Shown in pieces: positions 48,530 to 62,292 of a DNA stretch of 64,000 bases (position 1 is the first letter of the stretch; each line of letters opens with the position of its first letter). Below the pieces are notes generated by a model. It saw nothing but the letters and a program-made list of their open reading frames with translations. It was not told the origin of the DNA and searched no databases. The translations under genes were made by a program, and so were the position numbers. Source of the stretch: Malacoraja senta (Eukaryota); contig CM075996.1 of NCBI GenBank assembly GCA_038087875.1, positions 7,938,001-8,002,000 of the forward strand. Direction: 5' to 3'.

Positions 48530-48744
48530 GGGCCTGTCCCACTTTCACGACCTAATTCAAGACCTCTGCCGAGTTTGCCCTTGACTCGTACTCGCAGGAT
48601 GGTCGTCACGAGGTCGTAGAAGGTTGTGATGCTAGTTGTAGGTACTCGTGGCATCAAGTAGGTTGGGGCGTTTTTTCTAGCATGATGAAAAGTGTCCACA
48701 AGTAAAAAAGGTCGTGAATTAGGTCGTGAAAGTGGGACAGGCCC
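48530..48744. mobile_element. MITE with TTAA (or TA) flanks
   Basis: TIR GGGCCTGTCCCACTTTCACGACCTAATTCA; TTAA at 48526-48529 and 48745-48748; a related single end lies near 6490. Confidence 0.8.
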
Positions 48745-49199
48745 TTAACCGAGCTCCGTCCCTCTTGTTAGTCATAGTCTTACAGCATGTTAACGGGGCC
48801 TTTGGCTGAACTCATCCATGCTGACAAAGATGCCCCATCTAAGCCAGTTCCATTTATCTGCGTATATCCCTCTAAACCTCTGTCAAAGTTAAATGTTATT
48901 GTACCTGCCTCAACTACCTTCTCTGGCAGCTCATTCCACATACCCTTCACCCTTTGAGTGAAAAAGATGCCCCTCAGATTCCTTTTAAATCTTTTCACTC
49001 TCACCTTAAAGACGTGTCCTCTTGTTCATGATTTCCTTACCCTGTGTAATCCCTGCATTCTTCCTATCAATTCCCCTTGATTTTGTACACTTTTAGCCTT
49101 CTGCACTCCAAGGAATAAAGTCCTAGCCTGCTCTACCTCTTGTTTCTTGGTCCTCCAAAATATTCCAAATGGAATTTAAACTGGAGGTGGTGGAGGGAG

Positions 49200-49500
49200 G
49201 ACTTAAGCCAGAAAGGATTTTTGAGAAGAAAGAGCTACCTTAAATTTAGTTGCGTCTGGTTGGGTAACTATGGTAGGGTGAAGACTATTCCATGCTTTAA
49301 TTGTGCGGGGGAAGAATGAATTGCTGTACACATCTGTCTTGGTAGCTGGAATCACAAATTGGATCGAATGCCCTCGTCTGCTCCTAATTGGTTTGGGTTT
49401 GGTGTAGGTCTTATAATCTTTGTCGAGCTGGCCATTTAACATTTTGTAAAAACAGGTCAAACGGTGAGCTTCAAGTCTGCCTTGGAGAGAGTTCCACCTA
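49200..49500 (-). mobile_element. LINE 3' fragment (CR1/L2-group, distinct family)
   Basis: FYKMLNG..RSRRGHS..YSNSFFPRTIKAWNSL. Confidence 0.7.
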
Positions 49501-49906
49501 TAACTCAGGCGGTTGACCTAGCATCATCCTCGTAAATCTTCTCTGGACTCTTTACAGCTTAATGACATCCTTCTTATACCAAATTCTATACTCAATGCCC
49601 TGACTAATGAAGGCCGATGTATCAAAAGCCGGTTTGACCACCCTGTCCACCAGTGGTGCCACTTTGAGAGAACTGTACTCCTAGATCTTTCTTGCTCTAC
49701 AACACTTGTTGGAAGGGATGAGATGGGAAGCCTCTGCCACCTGAGAGTGGGGCTGGTGGAGGAGAGGCGGTGGGCCTTTTATTGCACTGTGATGCCACTG
49801 TAGTGAAATAGCTTACAAGACCTGATGTTTAGGGTTGACCCCAAATATGCTCTCACCTCCCAGTGAGGCGATTCCACCCCTGGCTGACCCCTTTCTCCGC
49901 CTGCAG

Positions 49907-50073
49907 GTACCTGTGCGACAAGATCGTCCCCGGCAACCGGGTCACCATTATGGGCATCTACTCCATCAGAAAGTCCGGCAAGACCACGAACAAAGGCCGG
50001 GACCGTGTGGGCGTGGGAATCCGGGGCTCCTACATCCGGGTGGTTGGAATCCAGGTGGACACCGAGGGCACAG
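49907..50073 (+). CDS. MCM5: MCM5 coding exon 6
   Basis: [44 protein letters not shown]|gtacgt. Confidence 0.96.
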
Positions 50074-50199
50074 GTACGTTCTCTCCACGGGACTGACTGG
50101 CATCCTGTCCTGGCCGACCACGGCCCTCCTTGTTTTCCTACTCCTTACATTGCCAGCTGAGTGTGGGACGTTCCCTAAGGCAGGATTAGCACTCGCCCC

Positions 50200-50880
50200 T
50201 ATCCATAACTATCTTAAACCTAATCGAACAGTGGTCACTGGTCCCAAAAGGCTCCTCCACACACTTCATTAACTTGCCCTTCCCAATACTAGATCCAGCA
50301 ATGCCCTCTCACGTGTGGGGGCCTCCACATACTGCTTAAGAAAACTCTCTTGAACACTTTTGAGGAATTGCACCCCATCTAAACCCTTCACGCGATGATT
50401 TTCCCAGTTGGGAAAGTTAAAATCCCCTACCACAACAACCTTGTTTGACCTGCAGCTGTCTGCAATCTCCCAGCACATATGTTCTTCTAATTCCCAATGA
50501 TTATTCGGGCGTCTGTAGTACACCCCCCTCCCCCCCACAAGGTGATCATCCCTTTCTTGTTCCGCAGCTCCACCCATATAGTCTCACTAGACGAACCGTC
50601 CGTAATGTCACCTCTGAACACAGCTGTGACATCCTCCTTAACCAACAATACAACCCCCTCCCCCTCCTCTTTTTCCTTCACCCCTGTCTCTCCTGAAGCT
50701 CCTGTACCCCGAACATTGAGCTGCCAGTCCTGCCCCTCCCTTAAGCAGGTTTCAGTCATGGCTACAACGTCCCAGTCGCTCGTGCCTATCCATGCTCTAA
50801 GCGCATCTGCCTTACCTGTCAGGCCCCTTGCATTAAAATATGTGCAGTTTAAACCAACCCTCCTTCCTCGCTCTCTGCCT
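50200..50880 (-). mobile_element. CR1 LINE endonuclease fragment
   Basis: VVVGDFNFP..FLKQYVEAPTRERALLDLVLG; TETCLREGQDWQLNV. Confidence 0.8.
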
Positions 50881-51448
50881 ATTCTCTCCCAACCTAGAAT
50901 CCTTCTTTATAAACTGCAAGCCCTTCTACTCTCCGAGGGAATTTAACTCCTTTATTCTCGCTGGAGTTTACACCCCCCCCCCCCCCCCCCGCCTGCATAC
51001 ATGAGGCGCAAACGCAACTCACTGACCAGGTAATGAGAGTAGAGAGTGACTTCCCAGAGTCCATGGTCATTGTTTTGGGGGACTTTAACAAAGCTAACCT
51101 CGGCCGCGACCTTCCAAAGTACAGATTTCAGGTTACCTGCCCCACCAGAGGGGAGAGAACACTCGATCACTGTTACACGTCAATCAAGAACGCATATCGC
51201 TCTGTTCCCCGGGTGGGTCTGGGTCTCTGATCATTGTCTAGTTCACCTTATTCCGACCTACAGGCAGAAACTAAAAGCTGCTAAGCCTGTGGTCAGAACA
51301 ACGAAAAGGTGGACAAGCGAGGGCATTGAGAACCTACAATCCTGCTTTGACTGCATGGATTGGAATGTGTTCTGGGAAGCAACCACAAGCCTCAATGAGT
51401 ATACAGACACTGTATCATCATGTGTCAGCTTTTGTGAGGACATTTGCA

Positions 51449-52489
51449 TAGCAATGTTACAAAATTTTGAGATTTAAAAAATAAAGTCTGCAATTTATCC
51501 CATCAGATAAAGCATAAAAAGAAGTTTAATTTGACACTTAATTCACTTTCATATCTTCAGTATTAAAAAAGTTATGGCCATTATCATACTCAGAAATTAG
51601 CACCTTGTTCCCTATTGCTTTTCCATTGACTTAACACAAAAGCTGTGATCGAGGACAGTTAAAAGCCCATAACTTTCTTAAAAATTATGGTAACTGAAAG
51701 AAATTTTCAGGTATTATAGATTGAAGCATTCTGAAACAAATATGAAACAATCTTACTTCGAAGACATGAAAGTAAAGCATATAATTAGTTAGTTACCTAA
51801 TTGTAGCTAATTACAAAATTCAATTACTAGATCTAAACATCTATCATTTTCTTAAGAATAGATTAACATTTTTAAATAGCCTAAGTGTCCAAATAACATT
51901 CACACAATAATTCACAATATAACATAATTTTTAAATCTAATTTTCATGAATTTACAGGCCAAATGGAAGGAATTGAATGTTTAATACCTGTAAATTAATG
52001 GGCATTTAATTCATTTTGCGAGTGAGAATTTCTGGAACGCGATCATTTGGAACGTTAATTTGCGGTGAATTTAACCCCGTATTGGCATGAAAAATACTGC
52101 CGTTAATTCGGGGAATAAAATCACCGTGTCGCATGACAAAATGTGAATTAAAGGCTTCTTAAGAAGCACTTTTATACATTTAAAGAAAGCACTTTTGTTT
52201 ACCTATCCATTGTGTGAAATCCGTCCCCGTTATTGGCGTTGACGCTTCAGGAGCTGCTTTTAAAATGACTGTAGCGCTGACATTGACGATTTAATTTTAA
52301 AAAAAAAATCACAAATCGCCGGTAGGAACGATTTTGTCAGCGAAGTTTTGTACTCCAACAAAATATTTCCAGGACAAGGAAGGAGAAACCGCGTTTTAAC
52401 CCCGCCCCCCCCTTAAAGGCGCCAAAATCGCACACACGGCCAGTGGCAGAATTACAGCGCGACTGAAGGTAAGTTTTGTAACATACCTA
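51449..52489. mobile_element. Non-autonomous DNA transposon with TAG..CTA ends (copy 2, ~1.04 kb)
   Basis: Inverted copy of 34991-36544 without the L1; flanking repeat ATTTGCA at 51442-51448 and 52490-52496. Confidence 0.85.
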
Positions 52490-52808
52490 ATTTGCATAAC
52501 AAGTAGGACCTGGACCTGGTTCAACAAGGACAAGCCCTGGTTTACTGCAGAACTCAGACAGCTCTGACAATCTAAAGAGGAAGCCTATAGGAGCGGGGAT
52601 GCAGACCTCTACAGGCAGGCAAAGTACAAGCTGAGAAGAGGAATCAGAGCTGCCAAGGAAAGATACTCTGAGAAGTTGAGCAAGTTCTCAGCTGGTGACT
52701 CTTCAGTTTGGAAGGGCTTGCAAGAAATCACCAGTTACAAGAGGAAAGCCCCCCACTCTTTGGACAATCCTCAGCTGACTAACGACCTGAATGAGTTCTA
52801 CTGCAGGT

Positions 52809-53012
52809 ACACAAAAATGCTGAAGAAACTCAGCAGGTGCAGCAGCATCTATGGAGCGAAGGAGATAGGCAACGTTTCGGGCCGAAACCCTTCTTCAGAC
52901 CCGAAATGTTGCCTATCTCCTTCGCTCCATAGATGCTGCTGCACCCGCTGAGTTTCTCCAGCACTTTTGTGTACCCTCGATTTTCCAGCATCTGCAGTTC
53001 CTTCTTTAACAC
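52809..53012. mobile_element. Penelope-derived fold-back insert
   Basis: 16-bp TSD GAGTTCTACTGCAGGT at 52793-52808 and 53013-53028. Confidence 0.8.
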
Positions 53013-54319
53013 GAGTTCTACTGCAGGTTTGACAAGCAGAAACGTAACCCTGGTACCCCCTACCCCTCCCCCCTCCCCAACCAACACAGCCAGACCCTGG
53101 TCGGCAAAGACTGGACCTTTCTACACCCACTCCTCCCCAATCACCACTTCACACCTACAAGACTCCAGTGTGAAAAGACTGGACCCTTTCCCACCCACCC
53201 TCTCCAATCACCACTTAACACCCCCATTCTGCTGCACAGCAACACTTCTCCATCATCAACAATAAAAATAGAGGAGATGGAGATGCTGTTCAGAAGACAG
53301 AAAAGCCAGAAATGTTTCCCCCTCTACTCTCAAGCTCTGTGCCGAACAACTGGCACCGGTCTCTTCAGACATTTTCAACCAGTCCCTGCAAACCCGTACT
53401 GTTAACAAGAGGAGTCGAGTATAGGAGCAAAGAGGTCCTTCTGCAGTTGTACAGGGCTCTAGTGAGACCACACCTGGAGTATTGTGTGCAGTTTTGGTCC
53501 CCTAATTTGAGGAAGAACATTCTTGCTATTGAGGGAGTGCAGTGTAGGTTTTCAAGATTAATTCCCGGGATGGCGGGACTGTCATATGCTGAGAGAATGG
53601 AGCAGCTGGGCTTGTATACTTTAGAATTTAGAAGGATGAGAGGGGATCTTATTGAAACATATAAGATTATTAAGGGTTGGGACACGCTAGAGGCATGAAA
53701 CATGTTCCCGATGTTGGGGGGAGTCCAGAACCAGGGGCCACAGTTTAAGAATAAGGGGTAAGGCATTTAGAACGGAGATGAGGAAACGCTTTTTCTCACA
53801 GAGAGTTGTGAGTCTGGAATTATCTGCCTCAGAGGGCGGTGGAGGCCGGTTCTCTGGATACTTTCAAGAGAGAGCTTGATAGGGCTCTTAAATATAAACA
53901 GCATGCAATCATGTCAGTTGTTGGCATCCTTGCCTTTGGGTTTGAAGAAACCGGAGCACCTGGAGGAAACCCACACGATCACAGGGAGGTCGTAAAACTC
54001 CGTACAGATAGCACCTGTGGTCAGCATTGAACCTGGGTGTCTGGTGCGCTGTAAGGTAGCAACTCTACTACTGTGCCACCTGAGTTGACTAGTGTTTCAG
54101 GAGGGGTGGGCTGGGGTTCTTGCAGATTCTGGGGCTTGATGTGGACTCTGCCGTCTGAACCTGACCCGTGGAGGACCCAGTCCTGAAGCACTACAGGAAG
54201 GAGCCCAGCGAGAAACTACCGTTCCTCTGTCCCCAATATACAGAGGAGTTGCAGGGATATAATTCTGGCAAAGGTGGGCTTTTCTAAATGCAATCTATTC
54301 CCTCTTGCTTTTGTTCCAG

Positions 54320-54491
54320 GGCATGGCCTGATAGGGACCATGTCACCACAGGATGAGGAGGAGTTCCGCCATTTGGCCGCCATGCCCAACATCTATGAAG
54401 TTATTGCGAAGAGCATCGCTCCCTCCATCTACGGCAGTGCTGATATCAAGAAAGCCATTGGCTGCCTGCTGTTCGGCGGCTCCAGGAAGAG
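54320..54491 (+). CDS. MCM5: MCM5 coding exon 7
   Basis: [57 protein letters not shown]|gtgaat. Confidence 0.96.
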
Positions 54492-55781
54492 GTGAATATT
54501 GACTGGGGCTTTTTCTCTTTTCTCTTCTGGGTGTAAAAACCATGGCCCATTCTGCCTTTAATAATCTGTTTATCCTCTTATTTCTGATATCATAATTGGA
54601 GATCTTTTCAAAGCTCTTAGTTGCCTCAGTCCCTTTTTTTCAGTAGAAGCAGGACTATGTTCACTCATAGTCTTACAGCATGGAAACGAGCCCTTCGGCC
54701 CAACTTGCACACACCGCCATCTACCCGAGTCCCACCTGCCTCTGCGTTTTGGCCCATATCCCTCTAAACCTGTCCTATCCATGTACCGGTCTAAATGTTT
54801 CTTAAATGTTGCGATAGTACCTGCCTCAACTATCTCCTCTGGCAGTTCATTCCACACCCTGCCACTCGCATTCCTATTAAACCTTTTCCCCTCCTCACCA
54901 TATACCTATGTCCTCTGGTTCTTGATTCCCCTACTCTGGGCAAGAGACTCTGTGTTTACTCAATATACTCCTCTCTACCCGATCTATCCCACACCTAAAA
55001 TGATATTGGAAAATGCTGGAAACATTCAGCGAATCAGGCAAGCGTTTAAGTCCCCCCCGCCCCCCCTCCCCTTACTTTGTCTGAAGAGGGCTTCTGCCCC
55101 AAAATGTCACCCATCCATTTTATCCAGAGATGCTGCCTGACTTTCTGAGTTACTTTAGCACTTTGTGTCTATCCTAAAGCCACGACCGCTACCACCAAGG
55201 TGGGAACACCGTGACTTGCAGGTTTTCATCCAAGACGTACGCTATCCTGCTTTGAGTTCCTTCACCCGAAGGACTGTGGTAGCTGAAGGTGACTCCGTAC
55301 CACTTCTCAGTTATTTTCATACACTGTGCTCAGTGTATGTGATATTCAGCCAGGTAAATCTGTTTCACAATAGGAGTATTATTGGCGAGGTTAGCATTTA
55401 TACCAATTGCCTTTGAGAAGTTTCTGTTTTATTGTCCCATTTTTCTAAAATTATTTTTGAAGGCCTTTTCTGCCTTCCACTATGAAGACAGCTACCATAT
55501 CTGTCGATGCTCATTTTCTTCTTTCACATTGATAATTTCGCAGTCTCATTGTCTGGGGATTTACTGTAGCTTCCATCCTTTGTGTGATAATGTACACATG
55601 GTATGGGGAGCAGGATTGTGTGTAGGGTTGAATATCTGACTGGGAGATCAGACCTGTGTGTGCTGCTGTGTGGGATATAGGGGGAGAGCTGGACTGCTGA
55701 TGTGTGTGAAAGAAAGACCAGGATTGTGGGTAGTGCTGTGTATGCTCTAACTGATCTCTGGGTTTCTCCTGCACACTACAG

Positions 55782-55893
55782 ATTGCCGGACGGTCTGACA
55801 AGGAGGGGAGACATTAACCTCCTGATGCTCGGCGATCCCGGCACAGCCAAGTCACAGCTGCTGAAGTTTGTGGAGAGGTGTTCACCCATCGGG
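55782..55893 (+). CDS. MCM5: MCM5 coding exon 8 (Walker A)
   Basis: [37 protein letters not shown]|gtaagg. Confidence 0.97.
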
Positions 55894-56706
55894 GTAAGGA
55901 ATGGGTCCCACAGGATGCTCACTCATTCAATTTATTTTCTTGCTGCTTCCCATTCTAACTCCATCAGCTCTGTGTGAGCGTGTGTGCAGAGCCCTAGTGA
56001 GACCATACCTGGAGTATTGTGTGCAGTTTTGATCCCCTAATTTGAGGAAGGACATTCTTGCTATTGAGGGAGTGCAGCATCGGTTTACAAGGTTAAGTCC
56101 TGGGATGGTGGGACTGTCATATGCTGAGAGAAAAGCAGCTGCGCTTGTACACTCGAGTTTAGAAGGATGAGAAGGGATCTTATTGAAACATATAAGATTG
56201 TTAAGGGTTTGGACACGCTGGAGGCAGGAAACATGTTCCCGATGTTGGGGGAGTCCAGAACCAGGGGCCACAGTTTAAGAATAAGGGGTAAGCCATTTAG
56301 AACGGAGACAAGGAAACACATTTTCTCACAGAGAGTTGTGAGTGTGTGGATTCTCTGCCTCAGAGGGCGGTGGAGGCAGGTTCTCTGGATGCTTTCAAGA
56401 GAGACCTGGATAGGGCTCTTAAAGATAGCGGAGTCAGGGGATATGGGGAAAAGGCAGGAACGGGGTACTGATTGGGGATGATCAGCCATGATCACATTGA
56501 ATGGCGGTGCTGGCTCGAAGGGCCGAATGGCCTACTCCTGCTCCTATTGCCTATTGTGTGTTTCTGAGCGCTTGGTGATAAATCTCTAGGAAGTAGACAG
56601 CTCCACCCTGATAAAGAGACACCATGAACTGTGAGGCAGGGTGTACAGAGGTTGTCCGAGTCCTCTATTTCATGAAACACGGCAAGTACAGCAAGCAATT
56701 CGGGGA

Positions 56707-56919
56707 TAGATAAAAATGCTGGACAAACTCAGCGGGTGACGCAGCATCTATGGAGCGAAGGAATAGGTGACATTTCGGGTCGAGACCCTTCAGTCTGAAA
56801 AAGGGTCTCAACCCGAAACACTCACCTATTTTTTCGCTCCATAGATGCTGCGTCACCCGCTGAGTTTCCCCAGCATTTTTGTCTACCTTCGATTTTTCCA
56901 GCATCTGCAGTTCTTTCTT
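56707..56919. mobile_element. Penelope-derived fold-back insert
   Basis: 14-bp TSD AAGCAATTCGGGGA at 56693-56706 and 56920-56933. Confidence 0.8.
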
Positions 56920-57879
56920 AAGCAATTCGGGGAGGCAACTTGTCCAAGGCCTCTATTTTGTCTCTGTACCTAAGGCTTGATGTGGAGGAGGCACAGGAGT
57001 TATTAACCAGACTGATTCCAGGGCAGGGGTTTTCCTTTGTTATTAAATTGAGTAAGTGCCCTTTATTACATAGCCTTTAGTAGAATGAGGGGTAACCTTG
57101 GAACATAAAACATTCTGCCCCTTATACCTACACTGCCATTAAAATCACACCTCATCTTTTACCTCCACAGCAGTTCCCTGCACTTTCTCCACATCATTTG
57201 ATTTCATTGCCTTCCAAGAAACTATTGATCTCTGCCTTCAATATAGTCACCCACTGCGATTTAACCTGAATGAATGCCATTGAGAACCGGCAACTTTATT
57301 AGCTCAACCTGCGTATACCAAAGCTTTCATCCCTGGGTCAAATTGGTAGACTTTTGTTGCAATCCCCCTGTCACAGGAGTATCCTTCCTTCAGTGGAGAG
57401 ATCTTACCTGTGTGCACTGTTCCAGTTAACGTCACCTCCATCTCAAATCCTCTGCTTGCATCAGGCCTTGCCACTACACCTGGGCATTAGACTGCAGGGA
57501 CTCAAGTTCAAGGCGGCTTTACTGTGAGCTGGCATTAAGTTGTGAGTGGGTGAGGAACAGAATGGTTACCGTGACTTTCGACTGCAAAATGGGCCACAAA
57601 TGGGATGGTGCAGCGGTAGAGTTACTGCCGCGCCAGACACCTGGGTTCAATCCTGACTGCGGGTACTGTCTACACAGAGTTTGTACGTTTCCCCCTGTGA
57701 CCACGTGGGTTTCTCCGGCTGCTCCGGTTTCCTACCCACTCCAAAGACAGGCAGGTTTGTAGCTTAATTGGCTTCCGTAAATTGCACCTAGTGTGTAGGA
57801 TAGAACTATTGTGAACGGCTGATTGCTGCAGGGCCTGTTTCCGTGCTGTATCTCTCTAACCTAAACTAAACTAGTCTGA

Positions 57880-58077
<198 letters not shown>

Positions 58078-58573
58078 TGAGTGTGAGCGATCGGCCTTTG
58101 TGTTGAGATGAACTGCACGATGTTCTTGGGATGGCTGGTCGACTAGTTTCAGCAGTCAATTAGCTGACATTGGACCCTACACCAGGCAGCCAAGTGTAGA
58201 ATAGTGTTGGTGCTGGTTACTGCAGACTAGAGTTGACAAAAGACTGGACCAAGGCCAGCTACGTGCTTCGGATCCTTTATTCATTCAGTTGCTTGGACAT
58301 TGGAAGCCTGGTAGGACCAGCACTTCTTGCCTATTTCTAATTACTCTTGAGTAGCCATCTTGAATTATTGCAATTCCTGTGGAGAAGGTACTGCAAGGTC
58401 GCTGTAGGCTGGGAAGACCAGAGCCAGCAATGACTATAGACAAAATGCTGGAGTAACTCACCGGCTCAGGCAGCATCTCTGGAGAAAAATTTGGACTACA
58501 CTCCCCATGTTTGTCCCTCACTTGCCTGCCTGGTGTAGAGTCCCATGTCATCTAATTGAGGGAGGTTCAATAG

Positions 58574-59114
58574 CAGAGCTGCCAAGTAGTACGGATTTTC
58601 CGTATTTTGTACGGAAATGCGATCAGAATACGGATGTACGGATTTGCTTTGTAAAATATGGATTTTTAAAAAATCAGTCCGTCATAGCGCTATTGTCACA
58701 GACTGTTAGGGGAGGGAGAGGGAGAAGGAAGGAGAGAGGGAGTGTGAAAGAGGGAATAAGAGAGAGAAGGAGAAAAAATGGAAGGAGAGGGAGGGTGGGA
58801 GGGAAAGAGGGAGAGGGTGGCTTCCAAAATGGCTTCTACATCATCATCTGGTGCTAAAAGCAGGAAGCAGCCATTCAAATAGCAGTAACAATGAGATGGC
58901 AAAGAATGCACTGTCAAGTAAGGTGCGTAGAAGACATGTTAATTGGTAGCAAAGTTATGCATTCTTGTACTCTTACATGGGTATGACCGCACATAAAAAA
59001 ACTAACACTTTTTCCAGCAAAATGGCACAGAGTAAAAATACTGATTTCCTCAGCAAAATACTGATTTTCAGGTACTAGAATACTGAAATCCTTTGACGAA
59101 ACTTGGCAGCTCTG
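58574..59114. mobile_element. hAT-like MITE
   Basis: TIR CAGAGCTGCCAAGT..ACTTGGCAGCTCTG; subterminal TACGGATTT / ATACTGATTT repeats; TSD not evident. Confidence 0.6.
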
Positions 59115-59836
59115 CATTAGTGGTTGTGATTGATTAATTAATAATTCCGTCCATTGTACAGATGGTTCAAGGTAAATATCAACCATTGTAAGCATTCACT
59201 GCAAGGACGGCAGGGGTTGATGAAGGTCCGTGACATACCTCCCGAGTCCGGTTGGGGAGAGTAAGCAAGTGTTGGACTTCCTGTTCAAGCCCACGTCCCG
59301 TGAATGAATAGAAAAATAGAAAATAGGTGCAGGAGGAGGCCATTTGGCCCTTCGAGCCTGCACCACCATTCATTGTGATCATGGCTCATCATCCACAATC
59401 GGTAACCCGTGCCTGCCTTCTCCACATATCCCTTGATTCCACTAGCCCCTGGAGCTCTATCTAACTCTTATAAACTCTTCCAGTGAATTGGCCTCTACTG
59501 CCTTTTGCGGCAGAGAATTACACAAATTCACAACTCTCTGGGTGAAAATTTTTTCTCATCTCAGTTTTAAATGGCCTCCCCTTTCTTCTTAGACTGTGGC
59601 CCCTGGTTCTGGACTCCCCCATCATTGGGAACATTTTTCCTGCATCTAGCTTGTCCAGTCCTTTTATAATTGTATACGTTTCTATAAGATCCCTGCTCAT
59701 CCTTCTAAATTCCAGTGAATATAAACCCAGTCTTTCCAATGATAGTCCTGCCATCCCGTGGATTAACCTCGTTAACCTACGCTGCACAAACAAGATTTTC
59801 CAGGTCGTGGCCGGGTGTTTCCCAGTGTTTTGTTGA

Positions 59837-60001
<165 letters not shown>

Positions 60002-61103
60002 TGAGGTGGCCTCGGTGGCAGGAAATCTGCCAGGGTATTCTACACTAGCCAGGGTGTTTAGACTTTAGAGATACAGCGCAGAAACAGGCCCTTCCGTCCA
60101 CCGTCTGCACCAACCAGCGATCACCTCGTACAATAACACTACCCTACACACTAGGGACAATTTACTTTTTTCTTATCAAAGCCAATTAGCCTACAAACCT
60201 GTACCTCTGGAACGTGGGAGGAAACCGGAGCACCTGGAGAAAACCCACTTGGTTACAGGGAGAACGTACAGACCTCGCCCCTCGTCTGGATTAAAACCGG
60301 GTCTCTGACACTGTGAGGCCGCTATTAGATACAAAATGCTGGAGTCACTCAGCGGGACAGGCAGCATGTCTGGAGAGAAGGAATGGATGAAGAAGGGGCT
60401 CGACCAGAAACATCACCCATTCCTCCTCTCCAGAGATGCTGCCTGACCCACTGAGTTACTCCACTATTTTGTGTCTATCTTTCTCTCAGTACAAGTGTTT
60501 CTTGAACGTGCTCATCTATTATTGACACATGTGGTAACCCTCCTGACTGGTTAAATCCCTGGAGGATTTCTGTGGACCTTGCATCAAGAACTTGTGGCTG
60601 TGGACCACTAATCGTCCACCGGCCTGGCCAGGTTCCTCTGACCCACCATAGGAGAACTCAAGTCAAGAGAGTTTATTGTCATGTGTCCCAGATAGGACAA
60701 TGAAATTCTTGCTTGCTGCAGCACAACAGAGTATTGTAGGCATAAATACAGAACAAATCAGTGTGTCTATATACCATAGACCGTATATATACACATAAAT
60801 AAACAGATAAAGTGCAGTAGGCTGTTATAGTTCAGAGTTTGTTTGATATTGTGTTTAATAGCCTGATGGCTGTGGGGAAGGAGATGTTCCTGATCCTGGA
60901 CGTATCAGATTTCAGGTTCCTGTACCTTCTACCTGATGGCAACAGAGATGAGTGTGTGGCCAGGATGGTGTGGGTCATTCCCATCGTACCATCCATCTGC
61001 TGAGCAGCAATTTCCCTTATTGCTGCAAGACGAGGGAGTCTAACGGAGGAGGAGATTGATATTCCCTGGGGAGCCATATTTTGATCATTTGGGGTGGTCT
61101 TGA

Positions 61104-61364
<261 letters not shown>

Positions 61365-61734
61365 TAATTCAATGGTGCTTTATGTTACAAGTGTGCACTG
61401 CACAATGACATTCTTTTAGCATTGATCACACGTGCGCGTCGTCATATTTCGGCACCATTTACAAAAAGTCCAAAATCTCTTCCGCGTTGCCAAAGTCTGT
61501 TCGATGTGCTGGAGCGGCTCCTGATCCAGGTGAACCCCACGCTGCTGCAAGGCCGCCCCCTCGCCCAACCGCCTCTGTGTCCCCGGGGTGCTTCCTGCAG
61601 CCGACCTTGAAGGTGCTGTGGGCAATACCCCAGTCCCTCCCCCAGTCCTTGCATCCGTCATCGCCAATGGCTCCCTCCTCCAAATAGAATCTTGGGCAGG
61701 GGAGTCTGTGTGGAGTCACAGGTCTCCATACATT

Positions 61735-62292
61735 CCTCCTGATCTCACTCTACATTGTAAAACCCTTAAGGCTCTTGTCAAGGCTAAGATATAGTCAGTC
61801 ATCTCTGCAGTCATATGGTGGAAATAAACTATTTTCATTGCATTCTGGTTCCAAGGGGTTTTCACAGGTCTACCGTAAATAATTTCAGCTGGTCTTAATC
61901 TAGATTTTCCTGCAGCCGTGACTCTCATCTGAAATAGGGCTATTGGGAGTAATTTAATCCATCCAAGTCCAGTCTCCGCCTTTAATTTGGTTTTACGGGT
62001 CTGGTTTGCCCTTTCTACAAGTCCGGCAGCCTGTGGTCAATAAGCACAGTGTAATTGCTGCTGGATCCCCAGCTGTTCACAACATTCTTTATTGATTTGT
62101 CCAATAAAGTGTGGACCATTATCTGAGCAAAGTTAAATGGGAATGCCGAATCTAGGGACAATTTCTCTCATTAGCACCTTGATAACAGTAGCCGCTTTAT
62201 TGTCAAGGGTTGGGTATGCTTCGATCCACCGGCTAAATAATTTGACTTGGACAAGAACATATTTATATTCTTGGCATCTTTCTAATTCAATA
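61735..62292 (-). mobile_element. Endogenous retrovirus (class I, gamma/epsilon-like) integrase relic
   Basis: YKYVLV..FSRWIEAYP..REIVPRFGIP.*LCSDNGPHF..LHCAY*PQAAGLVERANQT..WIKLLPIALF..PAEIIYGRP; two in-frame stops. Confidence 0.85.

Larger units (their letters stand above)
50960..53397 (+). mobile_element. L2/Rex1-type LINE fragment (EN to RT start) interrupted by two later insertions
   Basis: IVLGDFNKANL..QVTCPTRGERTLDHCY; SDHCLVHLIPTYRQKLK; KPWFT..WKGLQEITSYK; CAEQLAPVSSDIFNQSL. Confidence 0.75.

Noticed and set aside
57595..57660. tRNA-like heads of HE1 SINEs as tRNA genes
   Set aside because: There is no full cloverleaf, and the heads continue into SINE bodies.
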